From contig NC_068982.1 of the NCBI RefSeq assembly GCF_001194135.2, forward strand, positions 32,837,701-32,901,700: a DNA stretch of 64,000 bases, in the 5' to 3' direction. Every line of letters begins with the position of its first letter. Position 1 is the first letter of the stretch. The position numbers and the translations under genes were made by a program. The notes under the pieces are model-generated. The model saw nothing but the letters and a program-made list of their open reading frames with translations. It was not told the DNA's origin and searched no databases. Origin of the DNA: Octopus bimaculoides (taxonomy: Eukaryota). Below are positions 25,790 to 39,267 of the stretch, one piece after another.

Positions 25790-27124
25790 AAATTAATACA
25801 AAATATGTTTTCCAATCTCTTGTTTTGATATATAATTACTCAGCAAAATCTATGATACAATATCTTTCAACTTTTATGCATACCTCACACAAATATAGCA
25901 AAACATAGAAATTGGGTACTGGAATAAGCAGATGTGCTTCAAGAGGACACAACTTCGATTATAACATTATCTACACAATACATGTCTGTATGTCTGTATG
26001 CATGTGTGTGTATGGATGCATGCATGTATGTATGTATTTCGATTGATATCAATTTAGAGCTACAAGGATGCATTACCAATTTTGCTATTCAATTTACATT
26101 GGCATCTATTAAATTAAAATGATTTATGATTTAAGTGTTCAACGTCAAGATAATTATTTCATATTACGTTCACAACTAAAACACAGAAATTCATGTATTT
26201 AGTTTACCAGTCCATCGAACTGGATTCCACTTAGTTTCCGTCTATATAAATCTATACATTTAAGTGTACTCTATACAAAACAAGTTTTAGTGAGTCCCTT
26301 GTTTTTCTCAGCACGAAGGTAATTTCACCGAGAAACAACATACCTACATCTCCTCATTATGATACAGTGCTTATCACATAACATTAAATTAGAAAAATTA
26401 AGTTTCAGAGTTTAGCCTACCCCATAAGAGACTAATCCTGCAGATTTCTCTTGCTTTCTCTGCAAGAAGGTATTTTCATAGAGCGACAAAATGTTTACAG
26501 CTATTCATTATGATACAGTGTTGGCTAAAATCTGTAACTTGTTCTGCAGAATAACATTAAATTAAAGCGTTAAGCTTCAGATTTTGTTTTTCTATCGTTT
26601 TTGTGGATTATTTTCTTTCTTCCAATATTTGAATGAAACGGATGTTAATTATTATTTCAATAATCTCAATAATTGAGCAAGAATGAAATTTTCTTGCTTT
26701 TATTTATTCTTTCCTTTATACTAATTTTTTTTCTTTTCATAGTTCTATTGAGTTAGTTATTGCTACATGATCCAAAAATATTTTCTATTTTGTTTTTCTA
26801 ACCTTCTATGTCAAACGTCACAAATAAGAATTTCTACCAAGTTTCTTCATGAAGTGTTTACGGTTAGACTTTTATTAGAAACAGACACGAGCTTTCGAGG
26901 TGTTAAATCGATTTCATTTAATTAAATTCAATAATGATTTCTATGATTTGATATTGTGTATTGGAAAAGGTTAGTCGAGATTTTTACTTTCAGCCTGTAA
27001 TAACAATCAAGATAGCAAAAATAACAACACAATCACCAACACCAACATTATCAGAAAATATGCTAAAGAATCGAACAGTACAAGTTTGATATTATTTTCA
27101 CCCTCTCCTTTCCCTTTCCATTTC

Positions 27125-27245
<121 letters not shown>

Positions 27246-27624
27246 TTCTCTCTCTGTTTCTCGCTTTTCCTTTCTCTTTCTCCCTCTCTCGCTCATGCTT
27301 TTCCTACACGAGTATATTTTTGTCTATCCCTGTATGTGTTTGTATGCGTATACATAGTATATATGTATATATATGCATATATGCATGTGTGTGCGTGTGT
27401 GTGTGAGTGTGTGTGTATGCATGTAAATATATATAGGCATGTACATATGTACATATTTATATATTATATATACGCATACGAGATGTACATACATACATGC
27501 ATACATACGTACATACATCATACATACATACATGCGTGCATACATACATAGACATATTATACACATACATACATATGTACATATTTAAATTAAAGAGACA
27601 GAGAAAGAAAGAAAGAAAGAAAAA

Positions 27625-27668
<44 letters not shown>

Positions 27669-27672
27669 AATA

Positions 27673-27716
<44 letters not shown>

Positions 27717-28069
27717 GAAGTGAAGAGAGACAATGGTAGATGAAATGAAGAAAGTTACATCTGGCAACCATTATTGATATATTTTGTGCGATTTCTCACC
27801 AAGGCTAATTAACGAGATGAAACTTTAATGACTTCGTTTTATCAACCAGTTTGATAAAATATTTCTCACGGTTTAACAGTTTGAAACCCTCTACGTCCTT
27901 GGTGAGTCAGTTAAAAATAACAGCCAGATGATGTAGTCCCTGGTTTAAAACAAAAATCTTACGGTCATGGTGGATTCGTCTGAATCGAATTCAGCCTCAA
28001 GTCAGCCCTGGGGCTGAATGAGAGCAACCACGAGAAAATAACTAATTCTCAATGCTTTAGTTGTGTTAT

Positions 28070-28512
28070 ATTTGCAATGAGAAATATTCGGTATACAATT
28101 GTAAACTGTATAAGAGAGAGACACAGGATGAGAAAGTGTATAGAGTGTGGTTGTCACAAAAAGAATGTCCGGTTTCACTTATGCAAGGGCTTCTTGATTG
28201 TGTCGAGGAAGGCGAAAACTTTTTGAAAACAGGTGGTGAACCATGGATCTATGGCTATGACACAGAAACCAAGGATCAATCTTCGCAGGGGAAGACCGCC
28301 AGCAAAATTTCATGATGTCGAGGAAATCCAACAGAATGCGACGAAGCTACTCCAAAAGAAGAGTTCTTGAAATGCTTTCATCAATGGAAACGAGCCGGAT
28401 AAAGCGTGTGGCTTCAGAAGGGGATTAATTAGGAGATTAAATGCCAAACTGATATGTGTTGTAGTTTTTTTTTTATAACAGCAGTCTCGATATTCTTTTG
28501 ATCAGACGTCGT
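28070..28512 (+). mobile_element. mariner transposon relic with internal deletion
   Basis: QGLLDCVEEGENFLKT...EPWIYGYDTETKDQSSQ is fused directly to KFHDVEEIQQNAT...EEFLKCFHQWK...ASEGD; a 3' TIR remnant reads ttttgatcagacgtcg. Confidence 0.8.
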
Positions 28513-28540
28513 GTGTGTGTGTGTGTATATATATATATAT

Positions 28541-28717
28541 TACATACATATGAGAAGAGATGACCACTAAGTGGACATCCATTACGCTAGAAATAGACCA
28601 TCTACGTTCATGTTCTGGTGTACGCTGAATTTCCCTAGAGAACATTCTTTTCTTTTGAGGTTTGACTGTAGATCTTCTATCTCTAGCGTAATCGTCATCC
28701 CTTCTCATATGTATGTA
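28541..28717. mobile_element. Small MITE with TA flanks and about 50-bp TIRs
   Basis: TA-catacatatgagaagagatgac...attacgctagaaatagaccatctac pairs with gtagatcttctatctctagcgtaatcgtcatcccttctcatatgtatg-TA; the left arm carries an extra about 15-nt insertion. Confidence 0.65.
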
Positions 28718-29981
28718 AGATCNNNNNNNNNNNNNNNNNNNNNNNNNNNNNNNNNNNNNNNNNNNNNNNNNNNNNNNNNNNNNNNNNNNNNNNNNNNNNN
28801 NNNNNNNNNNNNNNNNNNNNNNNNNNNNNNNNNNNNNNNNNTATATATATATAACGTGAAATAAAGTGTCTTGGACAAGACACATGCATCGCCGGAAATT
28901 TAACTCACAACCTTACGATCGTGAAACGAATATCCTACCCACTAAGCCACGCGCCTTCAAACACACACATACACATGTGTTTGAAGGCTCAGTGGTTATA
29001 TATATATATACATACATAAACAGACAGGCTGATTTGTTTATTGGTTAATTGATTGATTGGTGCATATTTACTTAGATATAAGCCATTGCATTATCCTAAG
29101 TACTCATGACTGACTGATTCTTGGTTATGTGAAATTCTGAGTAACAGTTTGAGAAGTCTTTTCAGCTTCAATATAACACTATACCACTTGACAATCAGAG
29201 GTGATTTGTTTACGCTGAAGTAACTTAGCGCCAGAATAAATACTAAACTAAGATTAAAACTGAGGGTAATTTGTTCGGCTAATCCCCTGAAGGTGATGCC
29301 GCAGTTTCGTCTGAGTCCAATAATTTGAACAATAATAGAATATACGAATAAAGGTATACATATTTTGATAAGTGTGTGTGGGCAAAAGAGGCATGGCTCA
29401 TAATTTGTGCAGAACATCTAAGACTAATGGGATTACCAAGCCTGCGCAATGTTCGCAATAAAATTTTGTTTGAGAAGTGAACTGTGTCAGCAATCAGAAT
29501 AAGTCTAGTCCCTATTCTGATTGCTGACAATGGAGTGAATTCTGCTAAAGGCACAAAAAGACTAGACGGTGTTGATAAACGGATGACGCATTATATCGCA
29601 GTAATTTTGTTTTGGTAAGTCGCGAGACGAATCTTCAACGAGTTTGTGCAATGAATAATTAACATTTGCTACGATTGAAAATGTTGCAGACGACAATAAG
29701 CAATTGTGTATTTAACTACTGTGCTTGTACTGATATTGTCTGCATATGGGAAACAAAACATGGTGGTGGTGGTGGTGGTGGTCGTCGTCGTCGTCGTCGT
29801 CGTCATCGTGATATTGACGTGTTTTTGTCTATGTCTACGTTTTAAGTATTAATGAAAATTCCTCACAAAGAGAACAAGGGAGAACACTTCAAAAATTTCA
29901 GATGACTACTAAATCAGTGGAGGTATGCACAGGCGCAGGAATGGTTTGTGGATATAGGCGCAGGGGTGACTGTGTGAATAT

Positions 29982-30425
29982 AGGCGCAGGAGTGACTGTG
30001 TGGTAAGAAACCTGCTTCCCAACCACATGGCTCTGGATTCAGTCCCACAGCGTGACACCTTGGATAAGTGTCTTCTGCTATAGCCTCAGGCCGACCAAAT
30101 CCACCTGAGTGGACTTGGTAGACAGAAACTGAAAGAAGCCCGTCGTATATATACGACGAGCTTCTTATATGTGTGTGTGTGTGTGTGTGTGTGTCTGTGT
30201 CAGTGTCTGTGTGTCTGTGTATGTATGTATGAATTATGCATTTGTGTCTGTTTGTCCTGATCCAATCACTTGACAATCGATGTTGATGCGTTTACGTCAC
30301 CGTAACTTAGCGGTTCGGCAAAAGAATCCGATAGAATAAGTACTACGCTTACAAAGAATAAGTACTGGGGTCGATTTGCTCGACTAAAGGCGGTGCTCCA
30401 GCATGGCCGCAGACAAATAACTAAA
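29982..30425 (+). mobile_element. SINE family B, full length, with internal (TG)n
   Basis: Head aggcgcaggagtgactgtgtggtaagaaacc, body ggtagacagaaactgaaagaagcccgtcg, tail cgactaaaggcggtgctccagcatggccgcag. Confidence 0.82.
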
Positions 30426-30446
30426 ACAACATACATGCATACATAC

Positions 30447-30487
<41 letters not shown>

Positions 30488-30508
30488 TCATACACACACA
30501 TACATACG

Positions 30509-30551
<43 letters not shown>

Positions 30552-30809
30552 CAAACTCATCTTTATCATATATATATACTTATGTGAAGGCTTGTTAGGT
30601 AGGCAGTAGCAGATCTGAAGAAATATTTAATATGAGGAATGTGGGTTCTGTGTTTTGATTGTTTAAGCAGCAGTAGCTGAGGAAGGAGACGGTAAAGAAA
30701 AGAAGAAGAAGAAGAAGAAGAAGAAGAAGAAGAAGAAGAAGAAGAAGAAGAAGAAGATATTTGCGTGGGTTTTGATATTTGCGTGGGTATTATTCTAAGG
30801 CCCTTCTAG

Positions 30810-31670
30810 TAGTGTCATTTATGGTGGAAGCATTCAAAAGGGCCTTATATTTTGCGATAAAATATGACTCTTTGCAAATGCACTGATTATAGGTTGCGTC
30901 GTCCCTGTATTTATAGAGGAGAAAATTCAGAAGTTAGGTTGTTCGTTAGTGGTGCAAATGTTGATGTGTTCGCTAAATGCTATTTTTCTGTATAACCGAA
31001 TTTTAATCTGGGTTCAATGTAGGGTTATCCTTTGGCATAAACTGTTTTTGGTTAGGCCTATGTATTGCTCTCGACACCCTGAGCAAGTTAATACATATAT
31101 TAGGTTTTCCGAAGCACGTGTAAAGTTGTTTTTCACTGTAAACCGTTGACCTTGTTTGAATGAGGGATCTGTTCAGTTTCGATAACAGATTTTTTTAATT
31201 ATTTTTTTAACTAAACTGTTTGAAACTTCGTATGCTGGTGTAATTTCTCACACTGAACACGGTTTACTTTCAACATTTTTGACAAAATTTCGTATTTTAG
31301 AAGTTGTTTCATGTTAAAGTTGTGAAAATTACTGCTGTTTGCGATAGTAATCGAAGAGGAACAACTTTCGGGTCATCTCAACTAAATGTCACCACTCTGT
31401 TCTATTTTATGTTTGTTTACTGCCCGTGTTGCATACTTTAACACGAAATAACTTCTAAAATTCGAAATTTTGTCAAAAATGTTAAAAGTGAACCGTGTTC
31501 AGCATGAGAAATTACACCAGTGTACGAAGTTTCAAACTGTTTAGTTTTTAAAAAAATAATCAAAAAATCTATGAGCGAAGCTGAACAGATCCTGAAGGAG
31601 ATTTCCGATCCCTCAATTAAGTTGAGGCGTTATACTACAGTTAGGTCTTCCGCATGTTTTTACTGACGGT
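30810..31670 (-). pseudogene. Penelope-like element GIY-YIG endonuclease relic, interrupted by a MITE
   Basis: Minus strand: KTCGRPNC...IEGSEISF|KQGQRFTVKNNFTRASENLIYVLTCSGCREQYIGLTKNSLCQRITLH*...SEHINIC...KESYFIAKYKALLN. It shows LIY-YIG motifs with CxxC, the R..xH motif, and the terminal E and LN; it contains stops and frameshifts. Confidence 0.88.
31165..31592. mobile_element. 428-bp foldback MITE, about 155-bp TIRs, GG..CC ends, 8-bp TSD (Merlin-like)
   Basis: 31165-31320 is roughly 90% reverse-complementary to 31435-31592 (ggatctgttcag.../...ctgaacagatcc). Flanks are tgaatgag (31157-31164) and tgaaggag (31593-31600). Confidence 0.85.
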
Positions 31671-31978
31671 TTCCATGTTGTTGCCGAGTGTACTTTCTAC
31701 ATATGTATGTCTCTATGTATCAGTGCGCATACATATAAGTGTATGTGTGAGTGTGTGTTTTTATGTATCCTCATATATTTATATTTGTTTCATTCTTGGC
31801 AGCCTTGTGTACTATACGGAGTCAAAAAGTTTCAGTATACATCTACAATTCGGCCACTGACATAATTCATACAAGCTACGTAACTGTTCACGAAGGGTGT
31901 ATATTGAATTGACGTCATCCTTTTACTTTTATATTTTCTTAGAAATCATATAACGTATTATTATTATTATCATTATTA

Positions 31979-32033
<55 letters not shown>

Positions 32034-32949
32034 AACGAAATGCGTTGCAGGTCGGAAGGGCGTATTTGAACAAACGTCTTAAGGATTGCCACAAATCACA
32101 CTCTGAGGCAAGAAATTAACAGTTGAAAATAAATAAATGAAGAAATGAATAAAACTGTTTTCCTGATCCAACACTGATGAATGTAACAAACTAACTCAGC
32201 ATTTTTGTGTGACATATACATGACTGAGGGCAAAGAAATGGGAATGGTGGAAACGGTAAAACAAATATAAATACCATTTAAAATATTCGCAAATATACAA
32301 CGAAGCCATTTAGAATTTCCTCTACTTGAGTCTATTGGAAATATATTCACGATCTTTCCTACAAGAGGAAAATAACATATTATAGCTATGAGGTATTTTA
32401 CGTTTTTGCTCTTATTGTATTTATTTGATACTTTTTCTGAAACAAAAATTGTGTTTGCATTATGTTTGTTCGCAGTCAAAGAAAGCTGTTATAATGTGGT
32501 CATTTTACTTGCTACTAAATGATTTGGGACAGATCTGGCTGATATTTTTACGAGCTGCGTTTCTCTCAAGTTATACCTCACCGCGGGGATGACTAATTTA
32601 TGGTGCATGCACCAAAAAGTTGTGCTTTGTAAGGCAAGAAACGGTGCATTGCATACTCGTCCTTAATTGTTCAGTGGATGTTCGATAACTGTTTGATCCT
32701 GTTATGGTAGCCAGCGCCAGTCCATCACAATCTTTTCACAGTCAATTTAAACTTGAGACTCTTAAACTACATGGATATGATCTGAATATCTTTTGTAATA
32801 TTTGCGGATTAATACTTTTTATCAGAAATTAAGTTCTACTATTTTTCATCTGCAAAAGAAAATTAGCAAAAAATTAGCAGAAAGTGATACTAAGCATAAA
32901 TTCAAAGAACAGAGATAATAGTTATATGTAAATAGTCTCTCACATAATA

Positions 32950-34050
32950 GAAGACTTAATCTTAATAGATATTACAAAACATAAAAATTGTCTAAAAATA
33001 GAGAGCTGAAGTTAGTGCTTACGTCTGAGTTACAGACAGAATACATGATTAAAAAAAGAAATAAATAAAAACGCAGATATATGAGTGAGATGAAATTCTG
33101 ATAGAATATGAAAGAAGCCATCCAATAAATTGCTTTAATGCCGTCTAAATAATGAAGGCGTTTCTATGACGAAAAATAAATTGTTTGCCTTTGTCTCCCA
33201 ATATTTACAAGATGTCTTCGTAATAAAAAAAATATAGAAAGAAAAATAAAAGAACCTCCAACGTTAAGGGATGAATCCAGGAGCTATCATGTCATGGAAG
33301 ACCTTTTGCATTCGTGCACTTTATTTTCTTTACTTTTTGACGAATATAAAGATATGAGATAGAGCAGCTAAAGAATGTCATAAGAGGAATTGATGATAAT
33401 GGTAGCGACCGGTTGGTCTTAAATCGCTTCTCAAAAAATGAGAATCAGATATATTTTACAAAGTTTGGAAACTCTACAAGTAAATTTTAGTAAATCCATC
33501 AGTATTTGTATTGAGGGAGCTCCGTTGGGAGACCGACATTGCTTAATATCATTTTAAATCATCTAATTAAAATATCAGTGCTTCATAAGCAGAGTTGTAT
33601 AGAAAAAGCTTAAGCTTGTCGGATATTGTATTCATAATTTTTCAAAGTGTGAATGAAGTTGGAGCCACAGTAGTTAACGGACTAGAATTCAAAGAATATC
33701 GCGAAATGTTGAGTTTTCACTGTGGTGGATTTGTTCTCCGTTGTTAGATGATCTGGCTTTCCTGAGAACGGGACTTGAGTAGATTTCGTAAAATGAAAAA
33801 AAAAAAAAAAATAGTGCTCATTATTTTAGGAATAACAAAATGAGCAGTACGGAGAAAGACTGGCCATTTGATTTAGCATATTTAATTGAGATGACAGGCA
33901 ATCCTGTGAATAGTTTTCAAAATTTACTCAAGAGTTACATCAATCGCTTTGTAACTGCATACAGATGTGAAATAATGAATAATTTTCCTTCAGGAAAATG
34001 TTTAAAAAGGCGACCATTGACTGGTTCAAGTTTTCCACTTTCAGTGATCT
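32950..34050 (+). pseudogene. hAT transposase relic (Charlie/Buster/SPIN-like)
   Basis: Fragments in the expected order: LNRYYKT, FSLLFDEYKD...EQL, IRGIDDN, SKSISICIEGAP, DWPFDLAYLIEMTG. They match the hAT motifs FSLxxDESxD, SVCTDGAP and WxxxLAYLxD; many stops and frameshifts. Confidence 0.72.
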
Positions 34051-34289
34051 AACTTGAAATTAAAACTGACTCATAGCTCTCCTTAATGTACGAAATATTT
34101 ATGTTTTATTTATATATCCAATTACAATATCGTGAAAGCGCTACTAAAGATTTGGTCTGTTTGAACAATGAGTAAAACATTTCCCTCTGTCGCCCTATAT
34201 TCCAATCTGAAGCAAAGTACGAGATGCGTTATAAAATCGTTGATAAATCTTGTAGTAGAAATATTTAAAAGAAGTTTATCTTTTACTTC

Positions 34290-34798
34290 TCTCAGACATT
34301 AGACAGCGGCTACGCTGGGGCACCGCGTTGGAGGACTTTTTCTTATTTACTAGAACGAGACGAACTAAGTACTAATCTTTTTACTGATCGGTACACTTTC
34401 TATCGGTTTCTTTTGCCGAATCGCTATGTTAAGCAAACCATAACTGGTTGTCAAGTGGTGGGTTGGGGTGGAGGAACATATATACAAATATAAACACAAA
34501 GACATATTTTAAGCGTATATATATCTATATATATATANNNNNNNNNNNNNNNNNNNNNNNNNNNNNNNNNNNNNNNNNNNNNNNNNNNNNNNATATATAT
34601 GTATATATACATATATGTATATATATGTATATATACACACACAAACATACACACACATATGTCTAAATCCCCTCGCAAGGTCTTAGTCGACCCGAGACTA
34701 TTTTAGAAGACATTGCTCAAAGTACCACACTGTAGGACTGAGCCCGGGATCATGTGGTTGGTTGTGAAGCAATCCTCTCACCAATCAGCCATACCAGC
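34290..34798 (-). mobile_element. SINE family B, diverged, spanning a (TA)n gap
   Basis: Reverse-complement tail (ttttgccgaatcgcta...), (TA)n and N-run, head ...tctcaccaatcagccat. Confidence 0.65.
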
Positions 34799-35296
34799 AA
34801 AATCTTTTCTAAATTTTAGTGTTTCATATGAACTCTGCTGAAGAAATCTTCTTCGGCTAAAGTCGTACAATATGTTATCATATAACTTCAACACGTTATC
34901 TCACTTGTATGTAATCACGCTGTTTCACTATCACATTTCGCTATTATACATTCCTTGATATTTGTAATTGGTAATTATCTTAAAGCCTTATTATTTTGTT
35001 CTCGTTATTGTACTTGTATGACATTGGTACCAAAATCTAAGTGTTTGTTATCTGCAATCCCACATTCTCCCATTCTCGCCGTCTTCCTCTCTTTCTCTTT
35101 CACTCTCCTTTCTTTCTTATTGCTCTTTCTACCTCAATCCTTCCCCACCCCTCGTAAATATCCCGATCGACCGAACCCTTTGTATACGTATGCATTTTTC
35201 TACGTGTCGCTAGTTTTTATCACAAACTAATGTTTAATCATATACTCTCCCCACTCTCCTCCTCTCTCCCTCTTTCCCTCTCTCTTTTTCTCTCTG

Positions 35297-35770
<474 letters not shown>

Positions 35771-36164
35771 TATACTAAAACTCAAAGTTTGTGTTTTCCT
35801 GCCATTTGATTAAGATGATAATGCTTACAAATAAAATAGTCGTTTCCCCCTTTAAGAGAAAAAAAAATCAAGTTGAAAATATCAACACTTCAGAGAGTCG
35901 TGTCAGTTACCGTCGTCCGCCATTGTTCTTACTTTGTTTTTTCTTCCTTTAATCATTTATACAACTTTCAGAGGGTCATAGACTGGAAAGATAGAAATTC
36001 TCCCTATATTTTTATGGGATTTTGTTGAATCACAGTTACTTGATTTTTTCTTCCTTAAAGGGAAAAATTATTATTTTATTTAAAATATAATACTAATCTT
36101 TATTATTTTAATCAAAAGGCAGAAAAACAGAGAGACTATCTCTTTATAGACGAAGATCAGTTGC

Positions 36165-36785
36165 AATTGGAGGAGTTGAATCTAATAAGAATGGAAAAAC
36201 AAACGACAAATCGGTTGTCCCTTATAATGAAACTCTTTTAAGAACATTCAACTGCCACTGCAACGATGAAATTGTTGCCTCAATGAGTTTACCTAAGTAA
36301 GTTATTAACTACACATTGAAAGCAAGTGATCAAGCTGTTGTTCTAATAAACAATGTTAACGAAATTAGTCAATATCTAATGGGTAGGTATATTGGACCAT
36401 CCGAAGCAGTTCCATCCATTTTAGGATTTTCAATTCATGAAAGAGCACCAAAAATAGTAAGACTGCACGTTCATCTACCAGATGAACAAAGAATATTGCT
36501 CAGAAATAATGAGGATGTATATGGCTTCAATGGACGACATATGAAAACAATATTGAGAGATTCCTTTCATTGTGCATCAATGATGACTTTGCAAAAACAT
36601 TAATTTACGCTGAAATACCCATGTATTTCACTTGGAACAGTAGTAACAAAGAATGGTAGAGAAGAAAGCGAGGAAAAATGTTGAAAGCCATTTGAACGTT
36701 TTCAAAGAAAAAATAAATGGTCGTGTTTATGTGTTATCACACCAAAGCAGGAGAACTCTTATTATTTAAGAATATTATTGCATGA
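36165..36785 (+). pseudogene. Helitron Rep/helicase relic (region between Rep and helicase)
   Basis: SVVPYNETLLRTFNCHCNDE...KASDQA...NVNEISQYLMGRYIGPSEAV..ILGFSIHER.PKIVRLHVHLPDEQRI...YYLRILLH. This matches the Helitron motifs VVPYN, DEI..Y...RY....EA, HER.P.V..L.VHL and YYLR.LL. Confidence 0.9.
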
Positions 36786-37359
36786 AATTCGAAATAGTAT
36801 ATTTGTCCTTTCCCGCTCCGCATCGACATTTTCAGCTAGGAGTGGTTGTGACCCAACGTGTTACGGCGGGTACATCTAGTATATATAGTGTGTATGTGTG
36901 GCTACGGTGTGGCACCACCTTGAAGGGTTTAGTCGAAGAAATTGATCGCAGGATTTATTTAAAATCTGGGTCGTGGGGACCTCTCAAGCCAACATGGCTT
37001 GTTAAGCGATGAGAGGAAAACACCTTTTTGGGCCTTTACAAAAGTGTGTACTCGAAGACAACCACATGCTTGGACGAGGATTCATTGCTTCTGATATAAG
37101 AAAATGCGAATAAAGCATTTACTGAAGCTATGCATAACCACCTGTCAGATTAAATGGCTAGTATACGCAATCGAGGCTTCATTTATTAAAATCATTTTAA
37201 AATAACGGTAGAGTATGATGTAATGATATTTCCAGCATGTTCCTTTTCGTTGTTTCATGATTCAGAGAGGATTCGCTTGGATTTATTAGAGTTATTAAAT
37301 GTGGCTCGCTAATGATATTACGAAAGGAAAAGATTTTTTTAGAGGAGCATATAATAATT

Positions 37360-37629
37360 GCTATAAATTTTGGCACAATGCTAGCAGATTTAGGGGAAGA
37401 GGTTAGTCGATTTCATCGATCCAGTATTTGATTAGTACTTTATTTTCTCGACTCCGAAAGGATGAAAAGCAAAGTCGACCTTGGCGGGATTTTAACTGAG
37501 TACATGAATAGTCAGAAGAAATGCTGCTCAGCATTTTGACCGACGCGCTAACGACTCGGTCAGTTCACCGTCTTAGAGAAGGTTATAATAATGGCTTCAA
37601 ATTTTGACACAAGCCCAGCCATTTCAGGA

Positions 37630-37696
<67 letters not shown>

Positions 37697-38065
37697 AGCG
37701 GATTACATCAACCCTATTGCTCAACTGGTATTTATTTTATGACCTCGAAAGGATGAAAAGCAAAGTCGGTCCTAGTGCATTTGAACTCAGAATGTAAAAA
37801 CGGACGAAATACCGCTAAACATTTTCTCCGATGCGCCAACAGCTCCACCATCTTAGAGGAGCATATAATAAATACTTCTAATGCAAACAAAAGACCAGAA
37901 ATATTAAGGGGAGGAGTTTAATCGATTCTATCAATTCGAGTATTTTGACTGGTATTTTCTTTTATCGACCCTCGGCGGGATTTCAACTTAGAACATAGAG
38001 AACCAGAAAATATACCGCAAGGCATTTTTTCCGACATTCTAACGATTCTACTACTCCAACGCCAT
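37360..38065 (-). mobile_element. Three tandem SINE family A copies
   Basis: Three reverse-complement family A bodies; the second contains a (GA)n expansion. Confidence 0.75.
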
Positions 38066-38907
38066 CGTCAAATAACGAAGTTAAATATATGTGTCTTTTT
38101 GAGAAACCGGGCATTAGTGACATAGATTAGCTGCAATCTGAAATCGAGCCGCGTCGCTATTCGATTTCCGCTCAGTGGGAGGTTACGTCCTAACATATTT
38201 ATTTTGCTATGTTGACCATAATTTCCTGTATTCGGAAATTAAATGTATCTTCCACAAGAGCATAATCATTATGATCATTACTATCATTATCATCATCATT
38301 TTTTGTTGTCATCAATATTATGAGAAACACAACCATTATGAATCATTTGGGAACTTCTGCGCAGTAATGCTACAAATAACAACCAAATCTCCACACCTGA
38401 TAACTTTCCATTAAAAAGTTGTTTTTTTAAACATCATGCTAAACAAGATATCCTTTGATACAAAATGATGAGATAGTCATGGTTGCAGTGCCTTTGCTCG
38501 TAGTTTTCAATTCCAGTTTTCGATTCCAATTATGTATTTTAATAATAACACCAACTAGGCAGAAAAGACGCTTGTGGCTTTTAAATAGGTCTTATTAGTC
38601 AAAATGCGCTTGCATTTTCTCTGGACTATAGACTGATAGATCAACGAGAAACAGAGTTTCTAGTGACGATGCTTTATTCTTCCACTGTTATGCAGAGTAG
38701 TTAAAATAAAAATGATGTCCTCACGTTTATGCGTGAATATTTCTGCATCATCGTGCAGAATCTTTGCTGGGAAGCCTTTTAAGATATTGTTTCTTACTTC
38801 ACCATCTTCGTTCATTTCCGCAAAGTGTGGAACAGAAATTTGCACTTTTCTCATCCATGCAAAATGCAGGAGAGCAAAGTCCTCCACATTCTCCTGTTGT
38901 CATGAGA

Positions 38908-39267
<360 letters not shown>

